This document shows positions 60,201 through 63,803 of a stretch of 63,803 bases of DNA, piece by piece (the stretch's first letter is position 1; each line of letters begins with the position of its first letter). Under the pieces are notes generated by a model. The model saw only the letters and a list, made by a program, of their open reading frames with translations, was not told the origin of the DNA and searched no databases. This stretch comes from Malacoraja senta. Lineage: Eukaryota. The position numbers and the translations under genes are program-made. Location: assembly GCA_038087875.1 (NCBI GenBank), contig JAXLNO010000292.1, positions 1 through 63,803 of the forward strand, given 5' to 3'.

Positions 60201-63200
60201 GTTTGTAAAGATTCCGTTGTGTGATGTCACAATGCACAATGGTCACAGATGTCCAATCGGAATGGATCCATTTACATATGCCTTGGCAGCAGCCCCAGCC
60301 CCTCCCCCCCAACCCCCGCAGCATTGGGCATTGTGGCATCACAAAACGGAACCTTCATTTACATTCTATTGCTGAGAGCTGTTTGTTTAACATTTTGAAA
60401 TGTCCCCATTCCCTATCCCCCCCACACACGTGGCGACGCCCTGCGACACGTGTGACAAATCGAAATGAATCCGTTTACATATGCCTGTGCAGCAGCAACA
60501 GCACCAGCCCCTCCCCCCCAACCCCACAGCCTGTGTCGAAGGGCGTCGTCACGTGTGTGGCAATAGAGAAAGAGGATTGGGGGTGATAGGGAATGGGGTA
60601 ACAGATGGACTGTCCCTACCCCTCCTACTTCAACTCTCCCTCCACACTCTTCCCCCTCTCTCCTCTCCCCATCCTTCCCCTCCCATACCCTCTCTTCCCC
60701 CTCCACCACCCCTCTTCACCCCCATCTCCCAGCCACCCCCTTCACCTCTCTCTTGCACCACTCCCTGCTACCCCTCTGCCCCTCACTCTCCCCCTCCCCT
60801 CCTCTCCCCACCCCGTCTCCCTCTCCCCCACTCCCCCGCCTGTGTGTTTGGGGGATGGTTAGTGTGAGTGTGATGCCGCAGCCGCAGCCCACCCCCACAC
60901 CAAACGCAAGGTAAACAAAAAAATGAAGTATAAACTCAGCGGGTGCAGCAGCATCTTTGGATCGAAGGAAATAGGCAATGTTTCATAAAAAAACACGTCT
61001 GAAGATGGGTTTCGGCCACAAACATTGACTATTTCCTTCGCTCCATAGATGCTGCTGCACCCGCTGAGTTTCACCAGCTTTTTTTTGTGTACCAGTCTCT
61101 CTGTCTCTCCCCTCTCTCTCTCTCTCTGCCCTTCTCTCTTCACAGCCCGCAGCTCAACTCATGAACACCCACTCAACCCCCCCCCTTCACCTATCTCCCA
61201 CATCCTCTCCTTCCTCTCTCCACCCCCTCCTCTCTCCCCCTCCTCCCCCACCCTTCCTCTCCCCCCTTCCTCTCCACCCTCCTCCTCCCCCTCTTCAAAT
61301 TTGTTTGGGGGGTGGTTAGTGTGTGTGATCCCGCACCCCCCCCACCCCCCCCCCACCCCGCAAACACGCGTTGGGGAAACAGCCCGCAAACAGTCTCTCT
61401 GTATTTAAGAAGGAACTGCAGATGCTGAAAAATCGAAGGTACACAAAAAAAAAATGGATAAACTCAGCGGGTGCATCAAAATCTATGGATCTAAGGAAAT
61501 AGGCAACGTTTCGGGACAAAACACGTCTGAAGATGGGCTTCGGCCCATAGCGTTGACTATTTCATTCGCTTCATAGATGCTGCTGCACCGCTGAGTTTCT
61601 CCAGCTTTTTTTTTTGTACCAGTCTCTCTGTCTGTCCTCTCTCTCTCTCTCTGCCCTTCTCTCTTCACAGCCCGCTGCTCGATTCATGCATGCATGCTCC
61701 AAACCCTCCCTCTTCACCTCTCTCCCCAATCCTCTCCTTCCTCTCTCCAGCCCCTCCTCTCTCCCCATCCTCTCCCCCCCTCCTCTCCAACCCTTCCTCT
61801 CCCCCTCCTCCTCCCCCTCTTCAATTTAAAAAAAAATATAACATTAAATTTTCTCTCTCTGCCCCCCCCCCCTCTAGACACACCTGAGAGGTGAGGGCTA
61901 TGCGTCAGTGGATAGGGTGGAGATGGGATAAAAGAAGCAAATTAAAAAATTAAGATAATATCAAGGGTTGTGATGAGTGTGTGTGTTTGTGGGTGCCAGA
62001 TTCCCACCCCGCAACCGTGCTTTGGTGGAAAGGGGGTGGTTAGTGTGACGCCACAGCACCCACCCCCCCCCACCCGCAAACGCACGTTCGGTGTCCAGAC
62101 CCAACGGGTCTGCACTTGGTCTAGTTATTATATAAAACTCTGTGTGTGTCGTCCGTCTGTACGTCCGACGGCCTGCTTGACTTGTCCCGCGCGGCCTTTG
62201 ATACGGCCCGACGCCCACGCGGCGCGCGGAAAGGCCGATATTTTTTACCGTTTCTAAAGAGGTTACGTTTATCTTTACATAAACCCACTCCTGATTAAAT
62301 TCTGACCTGTTTATGTACACGTTTTTTAAATAAAATACCTCTCCCCCCCCCCCAAACCAAATACTTCAAAATGTTTAAAAAAAACAGCTCAGCCATAGAA
62401 TGTTACTAAAGATTCCGTGTGTGATGTCACAATGCACAATGGTCACAGATGTCCAATCGGAATGGATCCATTTACATATGCCTTTGCGGCGACCCAAGCC
62501 CCGGCCCCTCCCCCCCAACCCCCGCAGCATTGGGCATTGTGACATCACAAAACGGAACCTTCATTAACATTCTATTGCTGAGAGCTGTTTGTTTAACATT
62601 TTGAAATGTCCCCATTCCCTATCCCCCCCACACACGTGGCGACGCCCTGCGACACGTGTGACAAATCGAAATGAATCCGTTTACATATGCCTTGGCAGCA
62701 CCCACAGCCCAAGCCCCTCCCCCCCAACCCCAAAGCCTGTGTCGCAGGGCGTCGCCACGTGTGTGGGGGGGATAGGGAATGGGGACATTTCAAGATGTTT
62801 TAAAAAAACAGCTCTCAGCAATAGAATGTTAATGAAGGTTCCGTTTTGTGATGTCACAATGCCCAATGCTCAAAGATGTCCAATCAGAATGAATCCGTTT
62901 ACATATGCCTGCAGCCCCAGCCCCAGCCCCTCCCCCCCACCCCCACAGCCTGTGTTGAAGGGCGTCGTCACGTGTGTGGCAATAGAGAAAGAGGATTGGG
63001 GTGATAGGGAATGGGAAACAGATGGACTGTCCCTACCCCTCCTACTTCAACTCTCCCTCCCCACTCTTCCCCCTCTCTGCTCTACCCCTCCCTCCCCTCC
63101 CACACCCTCTCTTCCCCCTCCACCACCCCTCTTCACCCCCATCTCCCCCCTACCCCCTTCCCCTCTCTCTTGCACCACTCCCCGTTACCCCTCTGCCCCT

Positions 63201-63803
63201 CACTCCCCACTGTACCCCTCTCCCTCCCCCTCCCTCTCTCCCTCTCTTCCCCCTACTCCTCTCCCCTTCCCTCATCCCCTCCCCCCCTCCCTGCCCTCCC
63301 TGCTCTCCTCCCACTCCCCACTCTCCTCCCCCTCCCTCTCACCCACCCTGATCTCCTCTCCCTCCCCAATCTCTCCCCTTTCCTCTTCCCCCTCTCCCCT
63401 CCCTCCCCCTCTCCTCTTCTCTCCCCACCCCATCTCCCTCTCCCCTCTTCTCTCCCCACCACGTCTTCCTCTCCACCCTCCCCCGCCTGTGTTTGGGGGG
63501 TGGTTAGTGTGAGTGTGATGCCGCAGCCCACCCCCCCCTCCCGCAAACGCGCGTTGGGAAAACAGCCCGCCAACAGTCTCTCTGTCTTTAAAATATTAAT
63601 ATAATATCAAGGGGTGTGATGAGTGTGTGTGTTTGTGGGTGCCAGATTCACACCCCGCAACCCTGCTTTGGAGGTACAGACCCAACGGGTGGTTAGTGTG
63701 ACGTCACAGCCCCCCGCCCCAAACGCACGTTCGGTGTCCAGACCCAACGGGTCTGCACTTGGTCTGCACTCCCCACTCTTCCCCTCTCCCTCCCCACCTC
63801 TCT
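57202..63803 (+). mobile_element. Head-to-tail array of at least three non-autonomous Helitrons (57202-59917, 59918-62124, 62125-~63767)
   Basis: 5' TC plus (TCTA)n after host gggaca. Units end in the CAGACCC-AAC-GGGTCTG hairpin plus CACTTGGTCTAG (59917, 62124), and each is followed by TTATTATATAAAACTC. Internal modules are shared between units. Confidence 0.9.

Noticed and set aside
57202..63803. Autonomous Helitron Rep/helicase gene
   Set aside because: No HUH Rep or PIF1 helicase motifs in any ORF of the track; all units appear non-autonomous.

Overview
Repeat-dense vertebrate genomic DNA, most likely from a cartilaginous fish (skate or ray), inferred from HE1/V-SINE-like SINEs together with CR1, Rex1/Babar, L2, Tx1 and Penelope retroelements. 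The only host gene I can support is a C1orf21 homologue on the minus strand: a 61-nt penultimate exon at 50034-50094, a ~24-kb last intron, and a terminal exon at 25979 to ~25165 whose C-terminus is extended by an apparent 1-nt insertion. Most of the rest is nested mobile DNA: a CR1 with an intact 988-aa ORF2, a full-length Tc1 with three homopolymer frameshifts, a solo LTR, hAT/Harbinger/Tigger-like MITEs and a 1.65-kb CA microsatellite. The most notable structures are: (1) a short Gypsy (Mag-like) LTR element with two primer-binding sites, a 43-nt copy of tRNA-Leu and an inverted pol fragment, which looks like a preserved aberrant reverse transcription event; (2) non-autonomous Helitrons in head-to-tail arrays that may target their own 5' ends, one carrying promoter-like cargo; (3) Penelope-derived repeats with minimal hammerhead-ribozyme motifs that seed dispersed 66-bp tandem arrays, whose GTTAC motif was hit by three unrelated transposons. 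All family assignments come from motif recognition, not database searches.
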